In this document: positions 30,311 to 44,162 of the stretch, piece by piece
How positions within the stretch are numbered: position 1 is the stretch's first letter
How the letters are laid out: the number at the start of each line of letters is the position of its first letter
Assembly (NCBI RefSeq): GCF_009914755.1
Contig: NC_060928.1
Source: the human T2T-CHM13v2.0 reference genome, Homo sapiens
Strand: one strand, 5' to 3'
DNA length: 64,000 nucleotides
The notes under the pieces: model-generated
Told to the model about the DNA's origin: nothing
Seen by the model: only the letters and a program-made list of their open reading frames with translations
Databases searched by the model: none
Position numbers and translations under genes: made by a program

Positions 30311-30604
30311 TTTCTTTTCTTTTTTTGTTTTTGTTTTTGAGACAGCGTCTTGCTCTGTCACCTAGGCTGCTGTGCAGAGGCGTGATCTCGGCTCACTGCA
30401 ACCTCCACCTCCCAGTTCAATTCTCGTGCCTCAGCCTCCCAAGTAGCTGGGATTACAGGTGCATGCCACCAAGGCTAGCCAATTTTTTGTATTTTTATTA
30501 GAGAGACAGGGTTTCACCATGTTGGCCAGGCTGATCTCAACCTCCTGACCTCAAGTGATTCACCTGCCTCAGCTCCCAAAGTGCTGGGATTACAAGCATG
30601 AGCC
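30311..30604 (-). mobile_element. AluS SINE, slightly 5'-truncated
   Basis: Reverse Alu; 11-bp TSD tcccaatttct (30300-30310 / 30605-30615). Confidence 0.95.
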
Positions 30605-30879
30605 TCCCAATTTCTGTCTTTAAAAATGTTGCTCTGATCTTCCTGATTCTCTCTAGCTGACTGTCACCACTGTCTTCCCTGGATTACTAGAGTATCCTTT
30701 TATCTATTCCATTCCCCTCTATGAATATGACTGTTCCTCCAATAATGGATCTCATATACCCACGTACCTATTTAGAAACATTAATTGTTTACCATTTTTC
30801 ACTTAAAGGGTGTGAGATTTCTAAGCATAGCACTGAACACCACCAACTGCTTTCTTTTCTTTTCAAACCTTATTTCCCC

Positions 30880-31265
30880 CATTTAATCTGGTCTATTCAT
30901 TCTGGATCAGTTTAAGACCCCAAATACGTGATACGGTTTCATGCCTCCATGCAATTACTTATGCTGTTCCCTTGACTGTAATGCTCGCTGTACCCCCACT
31001 CCATTCCTTGGTGGTCAAAAGCCAACCATTTCAATATCCAGATTAAATGCATTCCCAAGGGAGAATTCTTCACCTAAACAAGGGCTCCTATAGCATAATG
31101 CTACAGAAAGTGCATTGCAGTTAAAGTTTCTCAATATTTGTCTTTTTCAGTATACTGTGAGCTCTTGCAGTGCAAGCACTTAGTTCTGTTTATTTTTCTA
31201 CCACCATAGCACCCAGAATGGTGACTAACATTGAATCTGCTCAGAGTGTTCAGTGAAATGAACTG
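30880..31265 (+). mobile_element. L2 LINE 3' fragment
   Basis: tttcatgcctccatgc...atgctgttccc...actgtgagctcttg...tgttcagtgaaatgaa. Confidence 0.6.
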
Positions 31266-32693
31266 TGTGAGGTTTTGAGTAAATGCATTCATCCCTAATT
31301 GTACTAAATTATATTTCCTGCCAAATATACTTAAAGCAAGTGGAAGAAAAAAACATCTAGTTTTCTCATACGCACCCCTTCTCTCCACAATCTCTATGAT
31401 TTACACTGGGAAGAAATCAGTTTGTTCTTTTAGGTAAATGATATAGCACTTAATTGAATCAATGCTTAGTGCTTCTTGCCAGAATGTTATCATTTTCTAT
31501 AGCAGTACACTTGTCCAAGAAAATGTTAGTTTTTGTGTATAAAAATACATTACCATGCACTCTGTCTTCCCAAACTATTTTGAGCAACTACTTAAAATGA
31601 TTTAATTTGCAGGACTGTGTGCCTAATAAGCTTTCTGTTTAAAATCCTAACACTGAGCTTTCTAAGAGCGACGTGGTCTACATGTAAACTCTTTACAAAC
31701 AGCATCTGAATTACAGGCAGAGACACACATTAGGAGCTGCCAGAATTGTGTTTGTTGTGGCTGCCTGGTTAGCTGCTGCTTGAACAGCTGAAGTATGAGC
31801 GTATTGATCAATTAGTGCCAGCTCAAACAAGAAGTATGCCAACTGAAAGGGAAGTCAGATTTGTATGCAAAGCTGCATTGGTAAAATTTGGCTGGTATAG
31901 GTGGTAAAAGGGTTGGACAAGCTATTTAATATGAAAGCACCAGTGTACCTTAAGGAACACATGACAATTGGTATGTGATATTTCAAAGACTTCATTTGAA
32001 CTTAATAAAATGGAAAACGGCTTCATTTTGACCCAAAGGATGGCGCCTACCTTCATATGTAAAGTAGAATGGGGAATAAAGTTCCTCGTTGAAAATATTA
32101 AATCCTAAACCTAGCTTTGAACTGATGTGTTCATTCTCACTGAATAATTGTCATACTTCATTTACTTCTTTGTGTATAAGTAAAGGACACTTTAAATATA
32201 TAAAGCTATTAAGTCAATTATATAAAATAACATTATGAGTTTTGTGACAGTAAATTTATATCCTAAACCTAACTTATATGAATGATGAGAATAGCAATAT
32301 TCTATTTAACATAATGCATGTGAATGAATCACAAAAATCAAGGTTTTTTGATGCTAAATTCTGCCAGGGTATCAGTCAGGGAAATATCAGGAGTACCTTC
32401 TAGAAACCACATACATATGTATAAGAACGGTTGGGTGGAAGATTGAGAAACTCCCTGAATGGGATACCATTATTAGGGCTCTATACCCTGGAGGTGCTTG
32501 CTCTAAAGAGTCACTTTGCTCACTCTGGGGATCAGCAATATCACTGAAATGAAGAAGCAATGTTCTCAAGTCCAGAATTCTTTTGATGACACTAGTGTAG
32601 GTGTGTGTGCTTGTGTGTGTGTTAAACTTGGAGCTATAATAAGTATTGTTAGAAAATAATGGAGCTCATTCTATGAATGTAAGCACAGCATAG

Positions 32694-33118
<425 letters not shown>

Positions 33119-33370
33119 TCAAAGTATGTTTAAGGCAGTCCTCCCTCTTCCAGGCCAGTTCTGATTCCTTTTCAAAGCTCTGCCATTGACTTTCTTGTCC
33201 CACTTTCTTATTGATCTTGTGTCTGTGCTAGGAAGAGGCTTTCTTGAGGTGAAACCTTAATATTAATTGCAGAAATGGTCAGCCTTTATATAAGCGATTG
33301 TGCAAAAATTTCCTGACAATACAAAATTTTTAGATGTGCTGCTAGGGAGGATCTACTTTTCTTCCTTTAG

Positions 33371-33394
33371 TTTCTGTGGTACGCTAGTCACCAG
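33371..33394 (+). other. Candidate 24-nt micro-exon (or 3' end of a short first exon)
   Basis: ctacttttcttcctttAG | tttctgtggtacgctagtcaccag | GTAAGT: strong acceptor and consensus donor. Confidence 0.4.
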
Positions 33395-34704
33395 GTAAGT
33401 GCTAACTATAGAATGTAGCTGTTCTTGCTATTTGCATGGCTCTTTCTGAGTGCGATGAAGTGAGGTTTCCCTGTGTCCTTTGTTGATGAAAAGGAGGTTT
33501 TATACTCTGCTCCTTTGGATGGAAGAGCCACTTCCTGATTGGGTTCTGGGCTAAAAGTGGATCTGCCTTTAGGCAGAAGTATGAATGTCATGTTACTTCC
33601 TATTTAACATTATTAACCATACTTCCTGGCCCCAGAAGGCCAGAGTTTGACTGTTTATTTCACATCAGTTATCATGAAATTATTCATAACAGGAAAACAA
33701 TACTGGGTGAATTGGCCACACTCATGTTGAAGGAATCTTATTTAGACATATCATACTGGTTCTGAAGTATGGTCCATTTAGGATAGTATTCTATTTCTGG
33801 AAGTAGCATGTGGTGTGATTGATGAAAACACACACATTTTATCTTTGACATTAGTCTGTAGATTTTGATGTTTAATAAAAGATGAGCATCTCATCCTTTC
33901 CTAATAATCCATTATGGTTTTCTAAGCATTACGCTCTTAACTTCTCTATCCTACTCATACTAATAACTTTTACTTCTTGAATGATTATTTGCTTAAGGTA
34001 ACTACTCACAGTAGAGGAATCTAATACCATTATTTATTTTCTACATTTCCCTTTTTTTAGTTTTCCAACTGTTTTTTAATAATAGTTCTTGTTCAAAAGT
34101 TTAACCTTTCTACAATCTTCATGGGCACTCAAAGCAGGGTATATATCTGATAAAATTACCCACGAAATTTTTTTATAACTAAGTACTATGATATACAAGT
34201 AATGACATGAATACGTGGGTGAAATAATGCAAATTGAAGGCTAAATGGTGATAGAAATGCATTTTGCATTTCGATTCTTTTTTCTTTCTATCTCACAATA
34301 AAGCAAAGAAGGATGATACAAATATATGTGCTAGAAGGCCCATTAACTGGCATACAAAATCGCTGAAGCAATGTAGTTCAGCAGAGAGACCAAAGACATA
34401 TAATGAGAGTGAGAAAGCAGTTTTGATAATTATAATGAGTCAAAAGCAATCTCCTGCTTGCTTAGCTCGCACAGATGACAGAGGAAGGAAAATGTTCTTT
34501 TCTTCTGAGACAGAAACAGGACATCAGTCAAAATGATAAGAGATGTCAGTATAATATTCCTCTGAGTCAGGTACCACTGAGTTAGTCATCTGGGATGAGA
34601 GTTTCTAATCTTTTTCTTTGCTTCAGTTTCACTTTGGGCTTTGGGGTAATAGATTCCATATCAATATATATCTAAAAAATGTTCACAGTTCTTAGTTGGG
34701 AGAA

Positions 34705-34905
34705 ATAAAAGTAGTTTATAATCTAGTGGGAAAAATATAGTCTTTGAAGTCAGTCAAACTAGACTTTCATTTTTTCTATGTTAACGTGAATAAGTAATTT
34801 ATCTTCCTTAAAATGGGTATGAAATTACCTTTCTCACCGGAATTTTGTGGATATTTATGATTAGATATATGTAAAATACTTTTGCAAATATTTTTATTAG
34901 TAGTT
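34705..34905 (+). mobile_element. MIR SINE fragment
   Basis: tctttgaagtcag...taaaatggg...atatgtaaaatacttt. Confidence 0.45.
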
Positions 34906-35347
34906 GTTATTAAATTCACTTAAGGGGCAGCCAAAAATATCAACCTTTTTTATAGTAACAAAATGAACCAACACTTAAGGTAATGCCTTAACATACAAAG
35001 TATAGTACTTCTGCATTTTTTAGTTTGTTGCATTTCCAAAGAAAACTACAGAAAAGGACATTTCTATGTCACTGATGCTAGCCAAAGGCAAAACTTAATT
35101 AAAATTATCTTAATTTCCAAGGCCAAAATAGACCAGATCATGTTTATGGTATGAAATCTGTAAATATTCAACCTATTCCTCTGTCCTACCCTAGTAAAAG
35201 GTGAGTTTTTCTTTTCAAAAATAAAATGTAGTGTAATAAAGACCACTGAAAAAGTTACTAATGAGAAAATGTGGAATTCAGCCAGTGTGTACTGACATAT
35301 TCTAAAAATAGAGCAATGACTATAGTAGACTGTAACATACAGCATAC

Positions 35348-35350
<3 letters not shown>

Positions 35351-35390
<40 letters not shown>
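35351..35390 (+). repeat. Poly(A)40 tract
   Basis: 40 uninterrupted A. Confidence 0.98.
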
Positions 35391-35393
<3 letters not shown>

Positions 35394-35791
35394 CTTTCTA
35401 ATTATACAGGAAAAAGAGACGGGGGAAACGAGTGCCAAAAGATTGAATAATCTTTTTAACTAAGTTAACTGCTAATTCGATGAATCAGTGTTTGTGCCAC
35501 ATGGTTTTCTACTATCAGCAAAAATTTCAGAAGAGACAAATCTTGTTTTTGTGATTGCATAGGCACCTATCTCACAGCTGGAAAAGTAAGGCTCACAGCT
35601 GCTATTTTTATGGGGGAGAAAATTAATTGTAAGTGCAAAATGTTTAGAAGATGGCTGGTGTAAAGCAACTGTGCAATACATTGTAGATACATAACATATT
35701 AGCAAGGATCAATTCATTTTTTTTTTCACAACTACACATTGAGCATTATATGCATTAGTCATATAAGAAGAAAGGATAAACTGTGCAGAGA

Positions 35792-36281
35792 ATACTATCA
35801 GCCATTGCTGTGCAACAAACTACCTGAAGACCTGAAGACTCACTGGCTTAAGGCAATAAACATTTCTTACCAGCTGGGTATTTCTTCTCACCTGAGCCAT
35901 AGTGAGCTGTTCTTGGTGGGACACATTCTGCTTCTGCGGTCCACTAGGGGTTGTGTTGGGTTGCTTTGCTAATGTTGGCTGAACTCTTCCATTTGTCCTT
36001 TCCTGGGACAACAGCCCACCTTTGCCCCATCAGGCTGGCTCAGGCTTGTTCCCATGCCATGACAGAAATGACACAAGTGTAGGAACATGCAAAGGCTGGG
36101 AGTGTAACAATGTTGCTTCCACCCCATTCCATTAATCAAAGCAAGTCTCAAGGCTAAGCCTAGTTTAAAAGGTAGGAAAACAGACTCTACCATGTGAGGG
36201 GAAAAACTGCAAAGTCACTTTGCAAAATATGCATTGATATGGGAAAGGATGGAGAATTATGACCATTTTAGCAATCTACCA
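35792..36281 (-). mobile_element. MLT1H-like solo LTR (ERVL-MaLR)
   Basis: attgctgtgcaacaaactac...caaagcaagtctcaaggctaagcc...ttttagcaatctacca. Confidence 0.8.
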
Positions 36282-37019
36282 TGATGACTATGCTAAAAGA
36301 ATAATTGACAAGGCTGCTTTTGAAATATCTTTAAGCATATTTATTAAAGTAAGGTTGTTAGCTTCAACCTTTTCCCATGTAAAACAAAACAGTGCAAAAA
36401 AATCAAGCCATGAAATAGTCAAATTATAAGATTGTAAGAGGATAAAGTCAAGTTTGTTGTTAGAATGTTACATGATAGAGATTTATTTATTCAAAGGTAA
36501 AATTACTGTAATGAATAGTGTTTAGCTAGGTGTTCATGACTGCTACCTCTAGGTTTGAATGTGTTTATTTATTTTATAATATACAGAGAATGGGACTAAT
36601 ATATGCTCATTGTCGTGTACTTCTCACAAGTATAACCATTTCATGGGTTTATCTCTGGCAGCCTTCACCAAATTAATATTCCTTTAGTTGAAACTATTGA
36701 AGAAGACAAGGTTTGCTTTCCAAAATACGTATTCCTAAATTCCAAATATAAGTACTCTGCCATGTCCCACAGACAATGCCATTGGTACATTTCAGTACTT
36801 CACCTGATGCTGATAATCTAAGCAATGGATTTATAAATTGGCTTCCATATCTCTATACATAGGCAGACGCTGTTACAATCTAACCTTGACTTCATTGGAG
36901 GCCCTCCTAAATTTTTTAATTACAGCATAAACTGGTGTGAAAGAAGGTTTGTTGTTCATGAATGCTCAATATTATTAATCAGAAATGGAAAGTATACCTA
37001 GAACACCATAAGAATAGCA

Positions 37020-37255
37020 TTTACTAAAAATTCAAAGCATTTATGGCTACCTAGGCTTGTTCTGAGTACTTTCTCTGAATTGTTTATTTCACTTAATTCT
37101 TACACCAACCATGAATGGTAAATACTATTTTTAGCCCAGTTTTCCGCTGAGGAAATTGAAGAGTATTCTTGGGGCATATTTAAGGCCATGTGTCTTATTA
37201 GTGAATCTATCATTCAAACACGGACACTCTAGTTCCAAAGTGACAACCTTAACAC
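37020..37255 (-). mobile_element. MIR SINE
   Basis: gcatttatggctacct...cacttaattcttacaccaacc...gctgaggaaattgaa. Confidence 0.6.
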
Positions 37256-37614
37256 CCACAGTTTTTATTTTCAGCAAAGCTGCTTAGTGGAAAGAGAAGA
37301 AACAGCTAATAAAATATCTCATAACCTCGTACAAGTTTTAAATTGTGTTCATGATTTGCTACCAACATTCATTTTTAGTAATCTTTTCCTAAAAACAATG
37401 CAAAGATTTTATTTGTTCACTTATGGAAACTAGGGGTTGTGAAGTTCCATTAGATATAAAATAAGGAATTTTGCTAATAAAACTGAAAACTTTAAAACTA
37501 GTTGTTTATCTCTCTATATACAAAAACGTATTTTGTTTAAGGAAACTCATTATTTTGACCAAGTAGTTCATGGCTTTGGATATCAGAGAACAAATCTTAA
37601 AACATTGAATACCA

Positions 37615-37910
37615 GGCCGGGCGCGGTGGCTCACGCCTGTAATCCCAGCGCTTTAGGAGGCCGAGTCGGGTGGATCACGAGGTCAGGAAATCGAGACCAT
37701 CCTGGCTAACACGGTGAAACTCTATCTATACTAAAAATACAAAAAATTAGCCGGGCATGGTGGCAGGCACCTGTAGTCCCAGCTACTCGGGAGGCTGAGG
37801 CAGGAGAATGGTGTGAACCTGGGAGGCGGAGCTTGTAGTGAGCCAAGATTATGTCACTGCACTTCCGCCTGGATGACAGAGCGAGACTATGTCTAAAAAA
37901 AAAAAAAAAA
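37615..37910 (+). mobile_element. AluY SINE
   Basis: Y diagnostics; TSD attgaa(t/c)acca. Confidence 0.97.
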
Positions 37911-38285
37911 ATTGAACACCAAACACTAACTTAGATCATGTAAAAGTCAAGTTTAAAGTAATGTAGGACATTTTGCTACAACATGTTTCAAGTTATTAAA
38001 TTTAACAGAATTCCATATTGACTGACAGGAATTACAGCTATCATAGTGTCACCGTGAAGAATACTGTGATTGAGGGTATTAGTATATTTGTGAATTCATA
38101 ATGTACAATATATGGTTCATATTTATTCTAGGTAATTATTATTACAAACTGCAAACAAATATCCTTGATGTACCTTATATGTAGCCCAAAGTGTATTTTG
38201 TAATTGGCAGTTAAAAATAAGATTAAAAAGAAACTCAACCTTTTCAGTAATTTACTATCTTGAAAACTATAGATATTTGTTACAA

Positions 38286-38549
38286 TTTTTTTTTTTTTTT
38301 TCCTGAGGCGGAGTCTCGCTCTGTCGCTCGGGCTAGAGTGCAATGGTGCCACCTCGGCTCACTGCAACCTCAGCCTCCCAGGTTCAAGCGATTCTCCCTG
38401 CTTCAGCCTCCCAAGTAGCAGGGATTACAAGCGCCCGCAACCACACCCAGATGATTTTTTGTATTTTTAGTAGAGACGGGGTTTTTCTGTGTTGGCCAGG
38501 CTGGTCTCAAATTCCTGACTTCAGGTGATCGGCCCATCTCGGCCTCCCA
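38286..38549 (-). mobile_element. AluS SINE, 5'-truncated
   Basis: Reverse Alu ending at ggcctccca. Confidence 0.93.
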
Positions 38550-38834
38550 CAAATTTTCATGTGTGGATATAATCTCCATCATGATAAAACAAACAAATAT
38601 AACAACAACACTCAGAGGTACGGAAGTGTGAAACAGGGTATGTTCTAAGAACAATAAGCAATACTATATTGTAGACACTCTAAGAACAAGTAGTTAGAAG
38701 AAAAGGCACTTCTCAACCCTAACATGTAACTAACTCGAAACCTCTGCAGTGCCAAATCATTCCTGCAAAGAATTATAGTTTTTACATTCTTTTCTCTTAT
38801 GCTCTGTTAGTATCAACTTTACTTTTCTATTAGT

Positions 38835-39025
38835 ATGTCATAGTCTCTGAAGATAGACAAGAGTTCAAATCCAGCCTGGAGCATTTAAAAGCATAATGAT
38901 TTGAGCAAGCTACTTAATGATTTTGTGATCCATCTCTAAAATGGGAATCAAAAAATTGAATAAATTAATGAGTCAGCATTTAAAACCATGATTGGCAAAT
39001 AATAAGCATTCTATAAATGTGTTAT
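38835..39025 (+). mobile_element. MIR SINE
   Basis: gagttcaaatcc...ttgagcaagctacttaa...catctctaaaatggg. Confidence 0.6.
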
Positions 39026-40797
39026 TGTAAAATCTAAAAGTTAAGTATGGGAACAGATGCTTGTTAACTGAGATATTTATTTTTCTTGAAATTTCTTTCA
39101 ATCCCATTTGACTACCTTTTTATATACTAACTTGCCACTTAGTTTCTAGTGATAGAAACCTTCTTTCAGTTGATAACTGATTAGTTTTGCTAACTTTCTG
39201 TCTTTCCTTAAGCAAACAAGATTCAGGTATTAATATGTGGCACAGAAATTTTGCAGACATTTTATTCTTATGGTTATCCATAGTTTTGAATGAATATGTC
39301 CAGAGCTGTGTCTTAAAATGTTTTCCTTGGAATTCATTCAGTGGAGGTAGGACTGGCATATTTAATTTATGTAATGATTTACATTTTCATAAAATCTACT
39401 ATTAGGACAGCAAATTTATAATATTTAATAATTACTACTAAAAACCAAAGCTATTTTAATCTCTACTTAACATCTTTCATGAGGCAAAACATTTTGAAAT
39501 AAGAACCTATCAATACTGTATGTTCAGTTGGCGTAACATGCTGTGAGCTCTCAGGATGAACAGGAATCTCAAATCCAAGAAGCAAAGCCTCTCTGTTGTT
39601 TACAGTATTTAAAATAAATTGTTTCAGTTCTCTGTGGGATTGTTTCCTATTGAGAAGAAGCTCATAATTAAAAATAGCAACTGGAATAGAATTACAATGC
39701 AGGTATTTTTACAATGTGGGCACCTGGTATATTATCTTGAAATAAACTGACCTATAGTCATTACTGATAGTGTTCTTTCTAGGCAGGATTTGCATAACCA
39801 CAGAGAATTATTCCCTCTGCCCATCCTTTTGAAAAGAGCATAGAGTATTTAGTAGAGAGGAGGTAATTATGCTATTTGGGATAATAGTCAGATTTACTGT
39901 CTGGGACTGCTATTCTGAACACTACATGAATTTCAGTATAATTGCTCAGATCCTGTTTAGATGAAAGCTGATTCATTTTTTTCAGGTCTTCTTTGTGCTC
40001 CCTTTTTATTCTTATTGGTATTTTTTTTAAGCAAGCAGGTCTAACCATTGCAAGCAAAAATACTATTTAATACTAAAATTGACCTTCTTTTGTCTGTATT
40101 TAGAGATTGTTTATTGGAAAATTTTTGAGTTGTCATAGATCAAAATTTTGTTCAAATGATAACTGCCTTTTATTCCAATGTTTCATTAGCATACCTGTCA
40201 TTGCCCATAATAATTACAAATAAATGAACTTCCATTTCTTAGACTGTTTAGCACCCACCAACATCAACAAGGTCAAGTGGTAAGCTGAAAGAATTTTGCA
40301 TTTGACTTTGCTTATCAAAAGAAAACCATAATTGCATTATTAAAGTTAAGCATATTTTGCTGTATTTTAATTGTGGTGATACTTAAGTATTACATCTTAA
40401 AAGCTATACTTAACCAGAATATAAAAGATCCTCATGTAGGACATGTTGGTAATATTTCCTCCTTTTCCATATAAATATATTATCATTTTTAATTTCTGTG
40501 ACATAGAGAAGCTAAAACTGAGGTATTTTATATGGCTTGTCCTATAAATTACCCATGTATAGTCTCACGCTGCATAAACAAATCCAAAGCTTACTTAAAT
40601 AAAATAGTTTATTTTAATTTGTGTAGTTTCAAGAATTATCTTTATACATTTTCAGAAATAGAACAAAGCATTTTACCTATTGAGTTTTGAGCAGATAGGT
40701 ACAAAAAATTTTTGCAGTAACACAAAATAACTCTTAGGGACCATCTGCCATACTTTTAATGTTAACATTTAATTTAGTTATAGTTTTTGAAATTTAA

Positions 40798-41112
<315 letters not shown>

Positions 41113-41608
41113 TAAAATTTAAGCATTTTTAATCTATCACCAAAATGTTTTGTATTATTCTATCCTCATTTTTCAGTTAAAAACTTTTCTAATCAGTAGA
41201 AATTGCCTAATGTAATTACACATATACTACTTTAGACAATTAGTTGATGAGTAATTAAATATCTGCATGGCATCTTTGGGTAAATAATAAATCAGCATAT
41301 TGGTATTATTTAAAATATCCAGAATCCATTATAATGCAAGTATTTTGACACTATGGTAACCTAGTATATTACCTTGAAATAAACTGACATATGGTTATCA
41401 GGTATACTGTTTCCTATGTAAAATGATCACAATTCAGATATTGACCTATAAATTACCCCAAATCTGCATTCAAAATACTTTTGGTAATACAAAATTGGGC
41501 TTGTTTTTAGGCCCTCCATGAAATTGCATCATTAAAGTATGAAGTTTATTGGATCTATTTTATCAATGTTTATTCCAAAGTCACTCACCATGCACACACT
41601 CACACATA

Positions 41609-41611
<3 letters not shown>

Positions 41612-41649
<38 letters not shown>
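41612..41649. repeat. (CA)n microsatellite
   Basis: About 18 CA units, followed by a GA-rich tract. Confidence 0.97.
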
Positions 41650-41651
<2 letters not shown>

Positions 41652-43803
41652 AGAGATGGGGAGGGAGGAGGAAGAGAGAGGAAGCAAAGGAAAGTGGCAG
41701 GGATAGAGGAGAGAGAAAGGGAGAGAGAGGTGAACATATACAGCTAATACAACAAGCAAAATTCCTGTTATTTAATCAGACTCCTTAAATAAAAACATGT
41801 GAGAGCTATCTTTCAAAGACTTCTCTTAAAGCATGAAATTGTTATATGGCATTCTAATTTACAGTCCACAAAGCTATCTGTGATAGCAGAAAAGGGTTCT
41901 TTCTTGAAATGGATGCTTCATTCTTTTTCTCCCATTAGCTATTCAACGCCCTTTGTCTATTTATATTCATTATTGCCGCTGTAAGAACAGTGCGGGTTTT
42001 CATTACTTCATTGGCATGGGACGCAATGATTCAGTTTTGCTGTCACTTCTGACCCGTTTCCCTCCCTCCTCCACTTTCGCTTACTGAAAATCTACAAATA
42101 GAAGGAAAAACATAGACAGTATAATACAGTACAAAATAAACAGCACATACAAATTAAGTTGTCATGTTTAGCTTGAATTTAATAGAAATGCATGTATTGA
42201 ATGATAATTGCAAAGAGGCTTATGAACAAGCAGTATATTTGGAAGATTTTTCTGTATAAAATGATTTTTAAAAGTATGTTAACTGGTATTATCAATCCTC
42301 TGACTTTTTATTATATTATTATATTATGGATAATTTTTATTCCCTCTAAGATATTCAACTGAGGAAGAAAAAGTAGTTTTCTTAAATAATTGACATGATG
42401 TGTTTACATATTTGTTTTGAAATATGTGTAGCTATTTAATAAGAATTCTTTATTTTCCGCTCATTCTTTATTTTTCTGTGGATTGTATGATCATGTAACT
42501 TATTTTTCAAGTTTCTCACGTATGTATATTGTATAAGCTGTATTCACCAGTATGGAAAACAGTAGGATTCTTGTTTTCTCTTAAATTTTACTATCAGTAA
42601 TAATTATCAATGTAATGTGATGAATTCTTTATTATGATTCACATAACTAGGAAAAGAATTCTTAGAAAATACGTATTCTGTGCTTTCCCTCTTTCTAATA
42701 GTCATGGATAGGAGGAAGCTATATTGAATTTTAAAACATTTTAACAGAAGTAATTGGATCTCACACAACAGAAAATCAGTTTAAAATATACATTTTGCCA
42801 GCTCAGAAAATTCAGTCCATTATCACTACTGAATTCACATTTATTCTTTTTCTTCCAAAACAGATAAGAAAAACCTCCATTGTATCCAGAGGCCTTAAGT
42901 TTGGCTTAATTCTTCTTCCTCCAGCCCACCAAAATATTATTTGCAAAGAATTTAGAAAAATGTAATGATGTAATAACTCTTCATTGTCTTATTCCTGGGA
43001 GCTATAGAATATATTAAAATCCCTGTCTATATGCAGGTTAATTAGATTTCTACAAGACTCCACCTGGTCAAGGGAGGGGAGAGAAATGATCCTAAAAAAT
43101 CTAAGCCCTCTAAAATAAGTGCCTCTGACACTACAAGAGTCTGTTTTATGCTCAAAATACATTGAAGCATCTCTCAGTCTTTGTTGAGTTCCTGCACACA
43201 TCATGGTACCTGAGCACCCTTACAGCTGTAATTCTCTGGAAAAGCATGAGGCATCTTTAGTTTACCAAAAGTGGATTTGGTTATAAAAAGGGTCCATAAA
43301 TGCTGTTTGCATACTTTTCTGGTTGTTATAGGCAGTAACCAAAATGAGCATGTGTTTCATAGAAATGTGTAACATAACACTATGAAAGCCTACCAACACA
43401 TCAAAGCTTTAGTGGTACTCTATTGATATCACTTTTCCTGTGAGGGAACCGAAGTAGACAAACTTTGTCTTGATCACTGTGGTGGCATTTTCGGTGGCAC
43501 TGGCACCATTGTTTGCGCAAGTAGTTGATGGGGCTGCTTGAGAAACCCTATGCAGATCATAGCGACTTTGTTATCCTTGGAAAAAAATCTTACCTCAGGC
43601 TTTTCTCTCAATATGGTCTCAAATGCAAGTTGAATACAGGAAGTTGAGTAGGATAAAATAAAAAGGGAAAAGAAAGAATTAATACAACTGTAAAATATAC
43701 AAACCAAGGTGAGTGTGAGTGTCAATAGTAAGTGTGTATGTAGCACTATACCATAAATAACATATTGTATATTATCTAACATTCAAACTGAATATTTGTG
43801 GGG

Positions 43804-44162
<359 letters not shown>

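Noticed and set aside
39872-40057. Charged, protein-looking - strand ORF (IKREHKEDLKKMNQ)
   Set aside because: No flanking splice sites or homology; A-rich composition explains it
43474-43782. 102-aa - strand ORF ending MVPVPPKMPPQ
   Set aside because: No recognisable homology; the N-terminal part is intron-like AT-rich sequence
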